A stretch of DNA of 64,000 nt from Rhodanobacter sp. (GCA_004298505.1 SCRO01000023.1:9033-73032); one strand, 5' to 3'. Positions 20,526-31,481 are shown, counted from the first letter of the stretch. Notes: generated by a model from the sequence alone, not told the origin. Translations and numbers: made by a program.

Positions 20526-21593
20526 TCAGCTGCGCTGGCGCAGCCACTGATGGATTGCTGGCGGCACCTCGCGCTGGGCGCGGCTGGAGACGTAGATGCC
20601 GATATGACCGCCCTTAAACGCAAGCTGGGTGTAGTCGGTGGTGCCGATGTGCTTGCCCAGCGCACGCGAGGCGTCCGGCGGCACCAGATGATCGTGCTCT
20701 GCGAAGATGTTCAACACCGGCCGGGTGATCATGCCCAGATCCACCGGCTGGCCGCCGATCTCGAGTGTGCCCTTGACCAGCTTGTTGGCCTGGTAGAAAT
20801 CCTTGATGAACTGTCGAAACGCCTCGCCGGCCTGGTCCGGCGAATCGAAGATCCAGCGCTCCATGCGCAGGAAATTCTCCAGCTCGACCGGGCTGTCGAG
20901 GATGTCGACCATACCAATGTATTTCTGCTGGTTCAGCCGGATCGGCTTCAGCGTCAGGTAGACATAGTTCATCAACCCGGCCGGGATGTTACCCATGGTA
21001 TCGACGAACAGGTCCACGTCCATGTTGCGGCACCAGCTCGACAGCATGTTGTCCGGGGTGTGGAAATCCACCGGCGTAACCATCGTGATCAGGTTCTTCA
21101 CCTTGTGCTGGTGCAACGCGGTGTAGCACAACGAGAATGCGCCACCCTGGCAGATGCCGAGCAGGTTGATCGCATCCAGATCGTGGCGCTGGCGCACCGC
21201 GTCCACGCAGCGATCGAGATAACCGTTGATGTAGTCGTCCAGCGTCAGCCAACGGTCGGCGCCGTCGGGATAGCCCCACTCGATCAGGTAGACGTCTTCA
21301 CCCTGCTCCAGCAGGTTGCTCACCATCGAACGGTCGGCTTGCAGGTCGGTCATCCACACGGTGTTGACCAGTGCGTAGACGATCAGCAAGGGGGTCTTCG
21401 CGCGGCTCTTGCCAGCGCCGGTGAAATGCCAGACCTTGAGTTTGTCCTCGCTGTAGACCAGCTCGCGCGGCGTGTTGGCATACTCCGGTTCGCGCATGTC
21501 ACGCAGGTTGGCCATACCGGCGGCCAGCTTGCGCTGGAACGTCGCCATGTCGGTCAGGGCCCGGGTCGGGTCGATGCGCAATGGTTCTTGCAT
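20526..21593 (-). CDS. phaC: Class III poly(R)-hydroxyalkanoate synthase subunit PhaC
   Basis: ~355 aa, PLLIVYALVN, lipase-box GICQGG, DHLVPP, GGHIG; paired with phaE. Confidence 0.95.
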   Translation of the reverse strand: MQEPLRIDPTRALTDMATFQRKLAAGMANLRDMREPEYANTPRELVYSEDKLKVWHFTGAGKSRAKTPLLIVYALVNTVWMTDLQADRSMVSNLLEQGEDVYLIEWGYPDGADRWLTLDDYINGYLDRCVDAVRQRHDLDAINLLGICQGGAFSLCYTALHQHKVKNLITMVTPVDFHTPDNMLSSWCRNMDVDLFVDTMGNIPAGLMNYVYLTLKPIRLNQQKYIGMVDILDSPVELENFLRMERWIFDSPDQAGEAFRQFIKDFYQANKLVKGTLEIGGQPVDLGMITRPVLNIFAEHDHLVPPDASRALGKHIGTTDYTQLAFKGGHIGIYVSSRAQREVPPAIHQWLRQRS

Positions 21594-21605
21594 GTCTGCT
21601 CTCCT

Positions 21606-22646
21606 TTATTTGCGCTTGCGCGAGCCGGTACGGGAAGTTACTGCGCTGGCCGGTTTTGGTGCGGCCTTCTTAGCAGCGCCGGGCGACTTGGCGCGCGCGA
21701 CCTTGTTCGCTGCGCGCGGGGTCGCGGCAGGAGCTGGTTTGGCGAGCTGGCGCTTCAGCGCCACCACCTCCTGGCGCAACGCCGCGATATCGTCGGCATG
21801 ATCGACCGATCCGCCGGCGCGGCTGGCGCGAAACTCGCGACGCAAGGCCTGCAATCGCTCACCCAGGCTGGACACCTCGCTGCGCGTGGGCACGCCGAGT
21901 TCCCGGCAGAGTCGTTCGGTCTGCTCCTGTTGCAACTGGCGCGCCCGCATCTGCGTGTTCACCATCTCGCCATAGACATCGCGGAATTCGTCGGACAGCG
22001 CGATATCTGCATAAGCCTCTTCCGACGCATCGACCCACAGATCGTAGAGCCCTTTCATCGAATCAATCTGGCGGCCGGGCTCGGCATGCTCGGCCAGCTT
22101 GTCCTGCAAGCGCTGCACGCCCTGCGCGTTGGCACGCTGGATCAACTCCTGATAGCGCGCGGACGCCTGCAACGAGGCCAGCAATGCTGCAGCCAGAGCC
22201 TGTTGCTGCATTTGCTGCTCGCGGTTCAGACCGAATGCCGGGGTAGCACCTTGCATGCCTGGCACCTCGCCGAAGCCGCCGTGCTGCACCGCCTTCCACC
22301 ACGTCTGCGACTGCCGGGTAAAACTCTCGGCGCTCGCGCTGTCGATGCTGCCGAAGGCCTGGCTGAACGGCTGGGCAGCGCCGCCGAACATCTGCTGCAG
22401 TTGCTGCTGCCAGTCGCCGACCGGTGTGGCGCCACCGCCGCCGGCTATCCCAGCCTGCATCCAGTCGAAATACCCCTTCATGCCGGCCAACGTACGCTCC
22501 AGGGTCTCGTTGCCGGCCGCGGGAGCTGGCGGCGGCGCGAACGGATTCGTGGCCGGCGTCTGCTGGAACTGACGGGTCCAGGCATCCCAGGACTGCTGTG
22601 CCAGCAGCTGATAGTCCCTCATGAAATCACCTGCCAGATCGGCCAT
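21606..22646 (-). CDS. phaE: Class III PHA synthase subunit PhaE with basic Ala/Lys/Pro-rich tail
   Basis: PAFGLNREQQ, LYDLWVDASEEAY, VNTQMR, LGVPTRSEV; immediately upstream of phaC. Confidence 0.9.
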   Translation of the reverse strand: MADLAGDFMRDYQLLAQQSWDAWTRQFQQTPATNPFAPPPAPAAGNETLERTLAGMKGYFDWMQAGIAGGGGATPVGDWQQQLQQMFGGAAQPFSQAFGSIDSASAESFTRQSQTWWKAVQHGGFGEVPGMQGATPAFGLNREQQMQQQALAAALLASLQASARYQELIQRANAQGVQRLQDKLAEHAEPGRQIDSMKGLYDLWVDASEEAYADIALSDEFRDVYGEMVNTQMRARQLQQEQTERLCRELGVPTRSEVSSLGERLQALRREFRASRAGGSVDHADDIAALRQEVVALKRQLAKPAPAATPRAANKVARAKSPGAAKKAAPKPASAVTSRTGSRKRK

Positions 22647-22714
22647 CGCTGCATCCTCGTGCGGAAGTATGTTGCATCGTAGCAAATGCCGGCATGCAGA
22701 AATGTGGGGGCCGT

Positions 22715-22746
22715 AACGAACAAGGCCCGGCATGAGCCGAGCCTTG
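22715..22746 (-). terminator. Terminator after pnp
   Basis: Minus strand CAAGGCTCGGC-tcat-GCCGGGCCTTG followed by TTCGTT. Confidence 0.6.
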
Positions 22747-22776
22747 CTTGCTGCAGCATCTTTAGCGGATTGAAAC

Positions 22777-24882
22777 TCAGACGCTGGCATGCTCTTCTGC
22801 GGTCACCGCCTTCATCGACAGGCGGATGCGGCCCTGCTTGTCCACTTCGAGCACCTTGACCTTGACGATGTCGCCTTCCTTGAGCTTGTCGGAAACCTTT
22901 TCCACCCGCTCGTCGGAAATCTGCGACACGTGGACCAGACCATCCTTGCCCGGCATGATCGTCACGAATGCGCCAAAGTCCATCAGCTTGGCGACCTTGC
23001 CCTCATAGACGCGGCCCGGCTCGACGTCGGACACGATCTGCTCGATGCGCTTCCTGGCCGCCTCACCCGCCTCGCGGTTGACCGAGCCAACGATGACGGT
23101 GCCGTCGTCGCTGATGTCGATCGTGGTGCCGGTCTCTTCGGTGATCGAGCGGATCGTGGCACCACCCTTGCCGATCACTTCGCGGATCTTGTCCGGGTGG
23201 ATCTTGATCGTGATCAGGCGCGGAGCGTACTCGCTCATCTCGGTGCGCGCTTCGGTGAGCGCCTTGCCCATCTCGCCGAGGATATGCAGGCGACCGCGCT
23301 TGGCCTGGGCCAGCGCCACCTTCATGATCTCCTCGGTGATGCCGTCGATCTTGATGTCCATCTGCAGCGCGGAAATGCCGTCGGCACTGCCGGCCACCTT
23401 GAAATCCATGTCGCCGAGGTGATCCTCGTCGCCGAGAATGTCGGACAACACGACGAAATCGTTGCCCTCCTTCACCAGGCCCATGGCGATACCGGCCACC
23501 GGCGCTTTCAGCGGAATGCCGGCGTCCATCATGGCCAGCGAGGAGCCACACACCGAGGCCATCGACGAGGAACCGTTGGACTCGGTGATCTCCGAGACCA
23601 CCCGCACCACGTACGGGAATTCCTCGATACTCGGTTTGACTGCCATCACGCCGCGCTTGGCCAGGCGGCCGTGACCGATCTCGCGACGCTTCGGCGCACC
23701 GAAACGGCCGGCTTCACCCACCGAGAACGGAGGGAAGTTGTAATGGAACAGGAACGGATCCTTCGACTCGCCGCCGGGCGCGTCGATGATCTGCGCGTCA
23801 CGCGTGGTGCCCAGCGTGATAACGACCAGAGCCTGCGTCTCGCCACGGGTGAACAGTGCCGAACCATGCGTGCGTGGCAGCACGCCGACTCGGGCGCTGA
23901 TCGCGCGCACGTCGTCGAGCTGACGGCCGTCGATGCGTACCTTGGTCCTCAACACGCTGTCGCGCATGGTGTGGTATTCGAGCTCTTCGAATTCCCTGGC
24001 CAGCGCGGCGGCCGACCAGCCCTTCTCCTCGACCTGGCCCTTGAGCCCGGCCAGTACGTCGGCCTTGATGGCGGAAATTGCGTCGCGACGCTCCAGCTTG
24101 TCACGCACCTGGAACGCCTCGGCCAACTGATTGCCGACCGCGCTCTTGACTGCAGCAACCAGGGATTCGTCGCGGGCCGGCGCCTTCCAGTCCCAGGACG
24201 GGCGCGCAGCTTCGGCAGCCAGCTCGGCGATCGCGTGGATCGCGATCTGCATCTGCTGGTGACCGAACATCACCGCGCCGAGCATCACGTCCTCGGACAG
24301 CAGCCTGGCCTCGGATTCCACCATCAACACGGCACCGCTGGTGCCGGCGACGACCAGGTCCAGATCGGAGGTCTTCAGCTCGGTGGCGGTTGGATTCAAC
24401 AGGTACTTGCCATCGGCGTAACCGACGCGGGCGGCGCCGATCGGTCCCTTGAACGGGATGCCGGCCAGGCTCAATGCCGCTGAGGCGCCGAGCAAGGCCA
24501 CGATGTCGCCGTCGACTTCCGGGTTGAGCGAGACAACCTGGGCAATCACCTGCACTTCATTTTTGAAGTCGTCGGGAAACAGCGGACGCACCGGACGATC
24601 GATCAGACGCGAAGTCAGCGTCTCCTTCTCGGTCGGGCGGCCTTCGCGCTTGAAGAAGCCGCCGGGAATGCGGCCAGCGGAGTAGAACTTCTCCACGTAG
24701 TCGACAGTGAGCGGGAAGAAATCCTGGCCTTCCTTCTGCCTGGTCGCCGCCACGGCGGTGACCAGCACCACGGTGCCACCCATGCTGGCCATGACCGCAC
24801 CGGATGCCTGGCGGGCAATTTCGCCCGTTTCCAGTGTGACTTCGTGATTACCGTACTGGAATGACTTGGTTACTTTTGCCAC
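22777..24882 (-). CDS. pnp: Polyribonucleotide nucleotidyltransferase
   Basis: [43 protein letters not shown] and S1 domains. Confidence 0.99.
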   Translation of the reverse strand: MAKVTKSFQYGNHEVTLETGEIARQASGAVMASMGGTVVLVTAVAATRQKEGQDFFPLTVDYVEKFYSAGRIPGGFFKREGRPTEKETLTSRLIDRPVRPLFPDDFKNEVQVIAQVVSLNPEVDGDIVALLGASAALSLAGIPFKGPIGAARVGYADGKYLLNPTATELKTSDLDLVVAGTSGAVLMVESEARLLSEDVMLGAVMFGHQQMQIAIHAIAELAAEAARPSWDWKAPARDESLVAAVKSAVGNQLAEAFQVRDKLERRDAISAIKADVLAGLKGQVEEKGWSAAALAREFEELEYHTMRDSVLRTKVRIDGRQLDDVRAISARVGVLPRTHGSALFTRGETQALVVITLGTTRDAQIIDAPGGESKDPFLFHYNFPPFSVGEAGRFGAPKRREIGHGRLAKRGVMAVKPSIEEFPYVVRVVSEITESNGSSSMASVCGSSLAMMDAGIPLKAPVAGIAMGLVKEGNDFVVLSDILGDEDHLGDMDFKVAGSADGISALQMDIKIDGITEEIMKVALAQAKRGRLHILGEMGKALTEARTEMSEYAPRLITIKIHPDKIREVIGKGGATIRSITEETGTTIDISDDGTVIVGSVNREAGEAARKRIEQIVSDVEPGRVYEGKVAKLMDFGAFVTIMPGKDGLVHVSQISDERVEKVSDKLKEGDIVKVKVLEVDKQGRIRLSMKAVTAEEHASV

Positions 24883-24912
24883 GTTGGAATTCCTGAGTTT
24901 GAACTTTCAAGA

Positions 24913-25026
24913 GTGCGGCCATGGATCGCCGCTTGTTGGTTTCAGCGCTCATGGATGAACGCAAAGAAATCAACCCGTGCGGCCATGATGGCCGCTTTTT
25001 GATCTCTGCGTTCACGGACGAACGCA
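24913..25026 (+). repeat. Mosaic REP/BIME-like repeat, A-B-A-B
   Basis: A = GCGGCCATG(G)ATGGCCGC-type hairpin at 24913 and 24977; B = GCGTTC-acggac-GAACGC-type hairpin at 24945 and 25008. Confidence 0.7.
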
Positions 25027-25052
25027 CGAACTACAGCCTGCTGCCGCGCGAA

Positions 25053-25322
25053 TTAGCGACGCAGGCCGAGGCGTTCGATCAGGGTCTGGTAGCGCGCAAG
25101 ATCGCGATCCTTCAGATAGCTGAGCAGGCGCTTGCGCTGATTGACCAGCTTCAGCAAGCCACGGCGGGAATGGTGATCCTGCTTGTGCTCCTTGAAATGA
25201 CCGGTGAGGTGGTCGATGCGAGCGGACAGCAGGGCCACCTGGACTTCGGTGGAACCGGTGTCGTTCGGAATTCGACCGAAATCAGCAATGATCTTGCTGG
25301 TCTGTTCTACGGTAAGGGACAT
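25053..25322 (-). CDS. rpsO: 30S ribosomal protein S15
   Basis: [31 protein letters not shown]. Confidence 0.99.
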   Translation of the reverse strand: MSLTVEQTSKIIADFGRIPNDTGSTEVQVALLSARIDHLTGHFKEHKQDHHSRRGLLKLVNQRKRLLSYLKDRDLARYQTLIERLGLRR

Positions 25323-25400
25323 GGTTATGCGTTTCCTTGAAAGGCGATGCGAGGCTTGCGCTTGCATCCTCGCGATGACACAAGCGCAAGCTTCGCCTAG
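25323..25400 (-). promoter_or_regulatory. Putative structured rpsO leader
   Basis: Minus-strand stem GCTTGCGCTTG / CAAGCGCAAGC enclosed by AGGCGA/TCGCCT, directly before the RBS. Confidence 0.5.
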
Positions 25401-25488
25401 TTGAGTGAAAGCGTTGAAATAACTTGTCTATTCTACTGATGGCAGCGGTGTTACAACAAGTGCGCAGGGGCGTTTGGGGGCAAATTCG

Positions 25489-26415
25489 TCAGTCTGGTGG
25501 CAAGTTAAAGCCGCGCAGGACACGCGCACGGTGCGCATTGTCCACTTCGAGCAAGGCCAGCAGCGCCCCATCGCTGGCAAACGCCGTGCAGCGTCCTGCC
25601 GGAAATGACGTGGGTAAGGCGATTTGCTGGCCGCGGGATATGGCCTTGCTGTCGACCTCATCCAGGTGCACGGCGGGCAGGTCGGACAAGCCCGCCGCAA
25701 CCGGCAGCAGGTGTGCCAGCAGCGACTGATCGCCTTGCTCAGCCGCCTGCTGCAACTGTTCCAGCGTGACCATGTGCGGCTCACGAAACGGCTCGACCCA
25801 GGTTCGTCGCAATGCGCTCAGATGTGCCCCACAGCCCAGATCCTCGCCCAGATCCACTGCCAGCGAGCGCACGTAGGTACCTGAGCCGCACTCGACCAGC
25901 AACTGCAGGCTGTCGCCGTTGCGTGCCAGCAGTTCCAACCGGTGCACCTCGACCTCGCGCGGCGGCACCTCGACGGTCTCGCCACGACGCGCCTTGACGT
26001 AGAGTCGTTCGCCATCCTGCTTCAAGGCTGAATACATCGGTGGCACCTGCAGGATGCGTCCGCGCAACTTGGCCAGTGCGTTCTCGATCGCAGCGTCTGC
26101 GAGGGTCGCGACTGGACGTTGCTGAACGATTTCGCCCTCGCTGTCGGCGGTGTCGGTGCTGATGCCAAGCCGGCATTCAGCCAGATAGGCCTTGCGCGCG
26201 CCAAGCAGGCTGCCGGCCAGCTTGGTCGCCTCGCCAAAGCACAGCGGCAGCAAACCGGTGGCCAAAGGGTCCAACGCACCAGTGTGGCCTCCCTTGGAGG
26301 CGCGCAACAGGCGGCGCACTGCCTGCAATGCCTGATTGGAACTCAGGCCAAGCGGCTTGTCGAGCAACACGATACCGTGCAGCTCACGCGACTTGATGCG
26401 CGGCGGACGATTCAT
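25489..26415 (-). CDS. truB: tRNA pseudouridine(55) synthase
   Basis: LLDKP, GHTGALDPLATG, PPMYSALK, CGSGTYVRSL. Confidence 0.97.
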   Translation of the reverse strand: MNRPPRIKSRELHGIVLLDKPLGLSSNQALQAVRRLLRASKGGHTGALDPLATGLLPLCFGEATKLAGSLLGARKAYLAECRLGISTDTADSEGEIVQQRPVATLADAAIENALAKLRGRILQVPPMYSALKQDGERLYVKARRGETVEVPPREVEVHRLELLARNGDSLQLLVECGSGTYVRSLAVDLGEDLGCGAHLSALRRTWVEPFREPHMVTLEQLQQAAEQGDQSLLAHLLPVAAGLSDLPAVHLDEVDSKAISRGQQIALPTSFPAGRCTAFASDGALLALLEVDNAHRARVLRGFNLPPD

Positions 26416-26438
26416 CGGTTCAGCAAGACCCCACCGTC

Positions 26439-26825
26439 TCAGTCGTCCTGCTGGTCGCCATCGTGCCGAGTCAGGTCGCGCGCCTGCTCGCGCAACAGCG
26501 ATTCGACGCGCTCGCCCTTGTCGACCGAGTCGTCGTACTTGAATTTCAGCTCGGGCACCCGTCGCATCCGCATGCCGCTGTGCGCCAGTGCGTGGCGGAT
26601 CTCGTGGCTGATCATGTTCAGCGCCTTCACCGCAGGCAGGCCCTGCTCGGGCATCAGCGCGGTCACCCACACGGTAGCCCAGTCCAGGTCGCGGGTGATC
26701 TCCACATCCGACACGCTGACCGAGGGCAGGCCGTGATCGCGCACTGCCGCGTGCACCAGCAAGCCGAGCTCACGGCGCAGTTCTGCGCCGATGCGGTCGG
26801 TACGTTTGAAATCGCGCGAAGGCAT
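26439..26825 (-). CDS. rbfA: Ribosome-binding factor A
   Basis: RTDRIG, VEITRDL, RRVPELKF.YDDS; between infB and truB. Confidence 0.96.
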   Translation of the reverse strand: MPSRDFKRTDRIGAELRRELGLLVHAAVRDHGLPSVSVSDVEITRDLDWATVWVTALMPEQGLPAVKALNMISHEIRHALAHSGMRMRRVPELKFKYDDSVDKGERVESLLREQARDLTRHDGDQQDD

Positions 26826-26840
26826 GGGGAATACCTGAAT

Positions 26841-26912
26841 TGAGAGTGGAGAGAAGTGAGAAACGAGAAAGAGAGCTTTCGCTTTTACTCACCTCTCACT
26901 TCTCCACACTCA
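26841..26912. repeat. Purine/pyrimidine heptamer-array hairpin
   Basis: TGAGAGTGGAGAGAAGTGAGAAACGAGAAAGAGAGC-tttc-GCTTTTACTCACCTCTCACTTCTCCACACTCA. Confidence 0.7.
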
Positions 26913-26920
26913 TTTTTGCT

Positions 26921-29680
26921 TTAAAGCGTACGCGCCACTTCGGTGCGCTCGAAGCACTCGATCTGGTCGCCCGGTTTGACGTCGTTGTACTGCTTGACGG
27001 CGATACCACACTCCATACCGCTGCGTACCTCGTCGACGAGATCCTTGAAACGTCGCAACGATTCCAGTTCGCCTTCGAAGATCACCACATTGTCGCGCAA
27101 CACGCGAATCGGCTTGCTGCGCTTGACGTGGCCTTCGGTAATCATGCAACCGGCCACCGCACCGAACTTGGAACTGCGGAAGACTTCGCGCACCTCGGCC
27201 AGACCGATGATGTCCTCGCGCACTTCCATGCCGAGCAGGCCGGTGGCCGCCTGGGTGACCTGGTCGATCACGTCGTAGATGATCGAGAAATAACGCACGT
27301 CCACGCCGGAAGTCTCGATGACCTTGCGCGCCGAGGCATCGGCACGCACGTTGAAGCCGATCACCAGCGCCTTCGACGCAGCGGCCAGGGTCGCGTCGGA
27401 CTCGTTGATGCCGCCGACACCGGAGGAGACCACGTTGACCCTGACCCGTTCGTTGCCGATCTGGGTCAGCGATTCACGCAGCGCCTCGACCGACCCCTGC
27501 ACGTCGCCCTTGACCAGGATGTTGAGCGTCTGCTGCTCTTCGCCCTGGCCCATCTTCGCGATAATGTCCTCAAGCCGGTTGCTCTTGCTGACCATGCGCG
27601 TTTCGCGACGCTTGAGCTCACGCTCCTGTGCCACCTCGCGAGCCAGCCGCTCGTCTTCGACACAGACAAAGTCGTCGCCGGTCTCCGGCACGCCGGACAG
27701 GCCGAGCACCTGCACCGGGATCGACGGGCCGGCTTCGCTTACCTGCTTGCCGTTCTCGTCGATAAGCGCGCGCATGCGACCATACTCGATACCGCAAACG
27801 ACGAAGTCGCCCTTCTTGAGGGTGCCCTGCTGCACCAGCACGGTGGCCACCGGACCACGGCCGCGATCCAGACTGGATTCGATCACCACGCCGGAGGCAC
27901 GGCCATCGACCACCGCCTTCAATTCCATCACTTCGGCCTGGATCGAGATCGCATCCAGCAGATCCTCGACACCCATACCGGTCTTCGCCGACACCGGCAC
28001 GAACTGCACGTCGCCGCCCCAGTCTTCCGGTACGACTTCCTGAGCGACCAGGCCCTGTTTGACGTTGTCGGGGTTGGCGCCGTCCTTGTCCATCTTGTTG
28101 ACGGCTACGATCAGCGGCACCTTGGCGGCACGTGCATGCTTGACCGCCTCGATCGTCTGCGGTTTCACACCATCGTCGGCAGCCACCACCAGGATCACGA
28201 TATCCGTCGATTGCGCACCACGGGCGCGCATCGAGGTAAACGCAGCATGGCCGGGCGTGTCCAGGAAGGTGATCCCGCCCCTCGAGGTTTCAACGTGATA
28301 CGCGCCGATATGTTGGGTAATGCCACCGGCTTCGCCGGAGGCCACCTTGGTACGGCGGATGTAGTCCAGCAGCGAGGTCTTGCCGTGATCGACATGACCC
28401 ATGATCGTCACCACCGGCGGACGGATGACCTTCTCACCCTCGAGTTCGACGTTCTGGGTATGCGCCGCCAGGGTTTCCTCGGCATTGTTCTGGTTGTCGG
28501 CAACCGGCGTGTGGCCGAGCTCCTCGACCACCAGCACGGCGGTGTCGTGATCGATGGTCTGGTTGATGGTCGCCATCACGCCCATCTTGAACAGCGACTT
28601 GACCACCTCCGAGCCCTTGACCGCCATCTTCTGCGCCAGGTCGGCGACGATGTTGGTCTCGCTCACCACGACCTCGCGCACCACCGGTGCAGTGGGGCGC
28701 GAGAAGCCATGCGAACCGGCGGAAACGCCGGGGCCGCCACGCGAGACCGTGTCGCGCCCGCCGCTGCGTCCGGACTTGCCGCGTTTGCTGCTGGACGAAC
28801 GACGCGCACGATCGGCCTCGCTCAGATGCATCTGGCCGCCGGTGAAGCGCTTGGTGCCGTCGCGCTCCTGCTTGCTGCCAACCTCGTCGTTGCGCTCGCG
28901 CGCATGCTTCGGTTTGGCGCGGGGCGCGTCGCCCGCCCCTGTCGGCGCTGCTGCAGGCGCGGGGGGTGCAGCTACCGGCTTGACCAGCTTTTCGCGTTTG
29001 CGCGGTTCATGAATGCGCGGCAGGATCATGCCCAGCTCGCGCTGATCCATGCGCTGGACGGCAGCCGGATCACCCTCGGTCGCGTCCGGGGCAGGCGAGG
29101 CTTCGCCCACCGATGCCGCGTCGTCAGAGCTACCCTCGTCCTTCGCAGTGGCATCCGCTGCAGCCTGCAGCAACTCCTGCTCGCGCTGCTGCTCGTCGAG
29201 CGTGCGCTGCTGCACCTCGTGCTCGCGACGCTGTTCGGCCTCCAGCCGCTCGCGCTCTTGTTGCTCGTGTTGCTGCCTGGATTCCTGCAGCTTACGTACT
29301 GCATCCTCGCGCTCGGGCTCGGCGCTGGCTTCCTCAGCGATCACGCTGCGCTTGACGTACGTGCGCTTGGCACGCACTTCCACATTGACCGTTTTTGCCG
29401 CACCCGTGGCACCACGACCACCGGACCCGGCCACCTTCAGTTCGCCGACGGTTCGTCGCCGCAGGGTGATCTGGCGTGGTGCCGCATCACTGACCTCGGC
29501 AGCAGCCTCGCCCTTGCCGTGCGTACGGCGCAGGAATCCCAGCAGCTTCACCTTCTCGGTGCTGCTGATGACCTGCTCCTGATCGGAGAATTTCATGTCC
29601 GCTTCGCCAAGCTGGGTCAGCAACTTGTCAACCGGCATGCCCAATACCTGGGCGAGTTGTTTGATCGTCACGTCCGACAT
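26921..29680 (-). CDS. infB: Translation initiation factor IF-2
   Basis: [41 protein letters not shown]. Confidence 0.99.
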   Translation of the reverse strand: MSDVTIKQLAQVLGMPVDKLLTQLGEADMKFSDQEQVISSTEKVKLLGFLRRTHGKGEAAAEVSDAAPRQITLRRRTVGELKVAGSGGRGATGAAKTVNVEVRAKRTYVKRSVIAEEASAEPEREDAVRKLQESRQQHEQQERERLEAEQRREHEVQQRTLDEQQREQELLQAAADATAKDEGSSDDAASVGEASPAPDATEGDPAAVQRMDQRELGMILPRIHEPRKREKLVKPVAAPPAPAAAPTGAGDAPRAKPKHARERNDEVGSKQERDGTKRFTGGQMHLSEADRARRSSSSKRGKSGRSGGRDTVSRGGPGVSAGSHGFSRPTAPVVREVVVSETNIVADLAQKMAVKGSEVVKSLFKMGVMATINQTIDHDTAVLVVEELGHTPVADNQNNAEETLAAHTQNVELEGEKVIRPPVVTIMGHVDHGKTSLLDYIRRTKVASGEAGGITQHIGAYHVETSRGGITFLDTPGHAAFTSMRARGAQSTDIVILVVAADDGVKPQTIEAVKHARAAKVPLIVAVNKMDKDGANPDNVKQGLVAQEVVPEDWGGDVQFVPVSAKTGMGVEDLLDAISIQAEVMELKAVVDGRASGVVIESSLDRGRGPVATVLVQQGTLKKGDFVVCGIEYGRMRALIDENGKQVSEAGPSIPVQVLGLSGVPETGDDFVCVEDERLAREVAQERELKRRETRMVSKSNRLEDIIAKMGQGEEQQTLNILVKGDVQGSVEALRESLTQIGNERVRVNVVSSGVGGINESDATLAAASKALVIGFNVRADASARKVIETSGVDVRYFSIIYDVIDQVTQAATGLLGMEVREDIIGLAEVREVFRSSKFGAVAGCMITEGHVKRSKPIRVLRDNVVIFEGELESLRRFKDLVDEVRSGMECGIAVKQYNDVKPGDQIECFERTEVARTL

Positions 29681-29735
29681 TCTGTTCTCTGCTCCGCCGT
29701 TCCCGCGCTTGTCATTCCGTGCGGCCTGCTGTGCG

Positions 29736-29799
29736 CCGCCATCTCCATCCATGGCGAAGAGCCGTTTCAGGCTCTTCCCGGCGCACCCATCCAGGGTGC
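29736..29799. repeat. ATCCA-loop hairpin cluster (nusA-infB spacer)
   Basis: CCATCCATGG at 29745-29754; GAAGAGCC-gtttca-GGCTCTTC; GCACCC-atcca-GGGTGC. Confidence 0.5.
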
Positions 29800-29813
29800 T
29801 GCCGTGTCTGCGG

Positions 29814-31319
29814 CTAGCCGCCTTGCTCCAACCGGGCAATCATCGGTGCGCGCGCGGTCATGATCAGCGCCGCAGCACGCTCTTCGTCCATGCCTTCGAT
29901 GTCAATCAAATCGTCTACCGCCAGGTCGGCCAGGTCGTCCACCGTGTTCACCTCGCGCGCGGCCAAGGCGTATGCCGTGGGCTCATCCATGCCTTCCAGC
30001 GCCAGCAGCTCCTCTGACGGCTGGTGCTCGTTGACGCCCTCCTCCACCGCCAGCGCCTCGGTCAGCAAGGCATCGCGAGCACGGGCACGCAGTTCCTCGA
30101 CGATATCCTCGTCAAAGCCCTCCACCGCCAGCAGCTCGGCGCTGGGCACGTAGGCAATCTCCTCGACGCTCGAGAAACCTTCCTGCACCAGGATCACGGC
30201 GATCTCCTGATCGACCTCGAGCTTGTCCATGAACAGCGCGCGGGCCGCTTCCTGCTCCGCCTCGCTCTTTGCGGTGACCTGATCCTGCGTCATCACGTTG
30301 AGCTGCCAGCCGGTCAGCTTGCTCGCCAGGCGCACGTTCTGGCCACCGCGACCGATCGCCTGCGACAGCTTGTCCTCGGCCACCGCGATGTCCATCGAAT
30401 GCCTTTCCTCATCCATGATGATCGACTGCACCTCGGCCGGCGCCATCGCGTTGATCACGAACTGGGCCGGATTCTCGTGCCACAAGATGATATCGACGCG
30501 CTCGCCATTGAGGTCGTTCGACACCGCCTGCACGCGCGAACCGCGCATGCCGATGCAGGCGCCGATCGGATCGGTGCGGCTGTCATGGGCCAGCACGGCT
30601 ATCTTGGCGCGGTCGCCCGGGTCGCGCGCGCAACCCTTGATCTCGACCAGACCCTGGCCGACCTCGGGCACTTCCAGCTTGAACAGTTCGATCATGAACT
30701 CCGGGGCTGCGCGCGAGACGAACAACTGCGGGCCGCGTACCTCGGACTTCACCTCGTAAAGATACCCACGCACGCGGTCGCCGACACGCGCGGATTCGCG
30801 CGGAATGGTCTTGTCGCGAGGAATGAAGGCTTCGGCGTTGCTGCCCAGGTCGAGGTAAATATTGCCGCGCTCGACTCGTTTGACGATGCCGGTGACCAGT
30901 TCGCCGACACGGCCGGCAAAGGCATCCACCACCTGCTGGCGCTCGGCCTCGCGCACGCGCTGCACGATCACCTGCTTGGCGGCTTGCGCCGCGATCCGAC
31001 CGAATTCGGCGTTTTCGACCTGCTGCTCGATGTACTCGCCCACTTGGGCGTCCGCACGCTCGTCCAGCGCATCCATCAGGCGCAGTTGGTACGACGGCGA
31101 TTCCATCTCGCCATCATCGGCAATGATTTCCCAACGACGAAAAGTTTCATACTCGCCGGTATCGTGATCGATCGAGACGCGGATATCCGGCTCCTCGTCG
31201 GGATAGCGCTTTTTCGCGGCCGACGCGAGCGCCGCTTCCATCGCCTCGAAGATCACTTCTTCCGGCACACCCTTTTCATTGGCGACCGCGTCGACGACCA
31301 GCAAAAGCTCTTTGCTCAT
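29814..31319 (-). CDS. nusA: Transcription termination/antitermination factor NusA
   Basis: [14 protein letters not shown]1, [38 protein letters not shown]1/AR2 repeats. Confidence 0.99.
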   Translation of the reverse strand: MSKELLLVVDAVANEKGVPEEVIFEAMEAALASAAKKRYPDEEPDIRVSIDHDTGEYETFRRWEIIADDGEMESPSYQLRLMDALDERADAQVGEYIEQQVENAEFGRIAAQAAKQVIVQRVREAERQQVVDAFAGRVGELVTGIVKRVERGNIYLDLGSNAEAFIPRDKTIPRESARVGDRVRGYLYEVKSEVRGPQLFVSRAAPEFMIELFKLEVPEVGQGLVEIKGCARDPGDRAKIAVLAHDSRTDPIGACIGMRGSRVQAVSNDLNGERVDIILWHENPAQFVINAMAPAEVQSIIMDEERHSMDIAVAEDKLSQAIGRGGQNVRLASKLTGWQLNVMTQDQVTAKSEAEQEAARALFMDKLEVDQEIAVILVQEGFSSVEEIAYVPSAELLAVEGFDEDIVEELRARARDALLTEALAVEEGVNEHQPSEELLALEGMDEPTAYALAAREVNTVDDLADLAVDDLIDIEGMDEERAAALIMTARAPMIARLEQGG

Positions 31320-31392
31320 TGCAGCAACTCCATAGGCGCCAGACGGCGTCCAAAACGTTGACTATTTGTTTGCGCCCCTTCCTGGATGCGCG

Positions 31393-31481
31393 GATCAAAA
31401 GCGACCATCCATGGCCGCACTGTTCGGTATTTCTGCGTTCGTCCGTGAACGCGTGAGTCAAGGGCCCGCCATCCATGGCGG
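31393..31481 (-). repeat. Mosaic REP/BIME-like repeat, A-B-A
   Basis: Reverse complement contains CCGCCATGGATGGCGG, GCGTTCACGGACGAACGCA (19/19 identical to 25008-25026) and GTGCGGCCATGGATGGTCGCTTTTGATC. Confidence 0.75.

Noticed and set aside
21594-21608. PhaE-PhaC readthrough fusion (in frame, 12-nt gap)
   Set aside because: The stop is TAA, and phaC has its own AGGAG RBS in the gap.
20028-22682. 884-aa antisense ORF spanning mtnA, phaC and phaE
   Set aside because: All three genes happen to share one codon register, so the shadow runs through; the translation is not protein-like.
26840-29863. 1007-aa antisense ORF to infB
   Set aside because: Shadow ORF.
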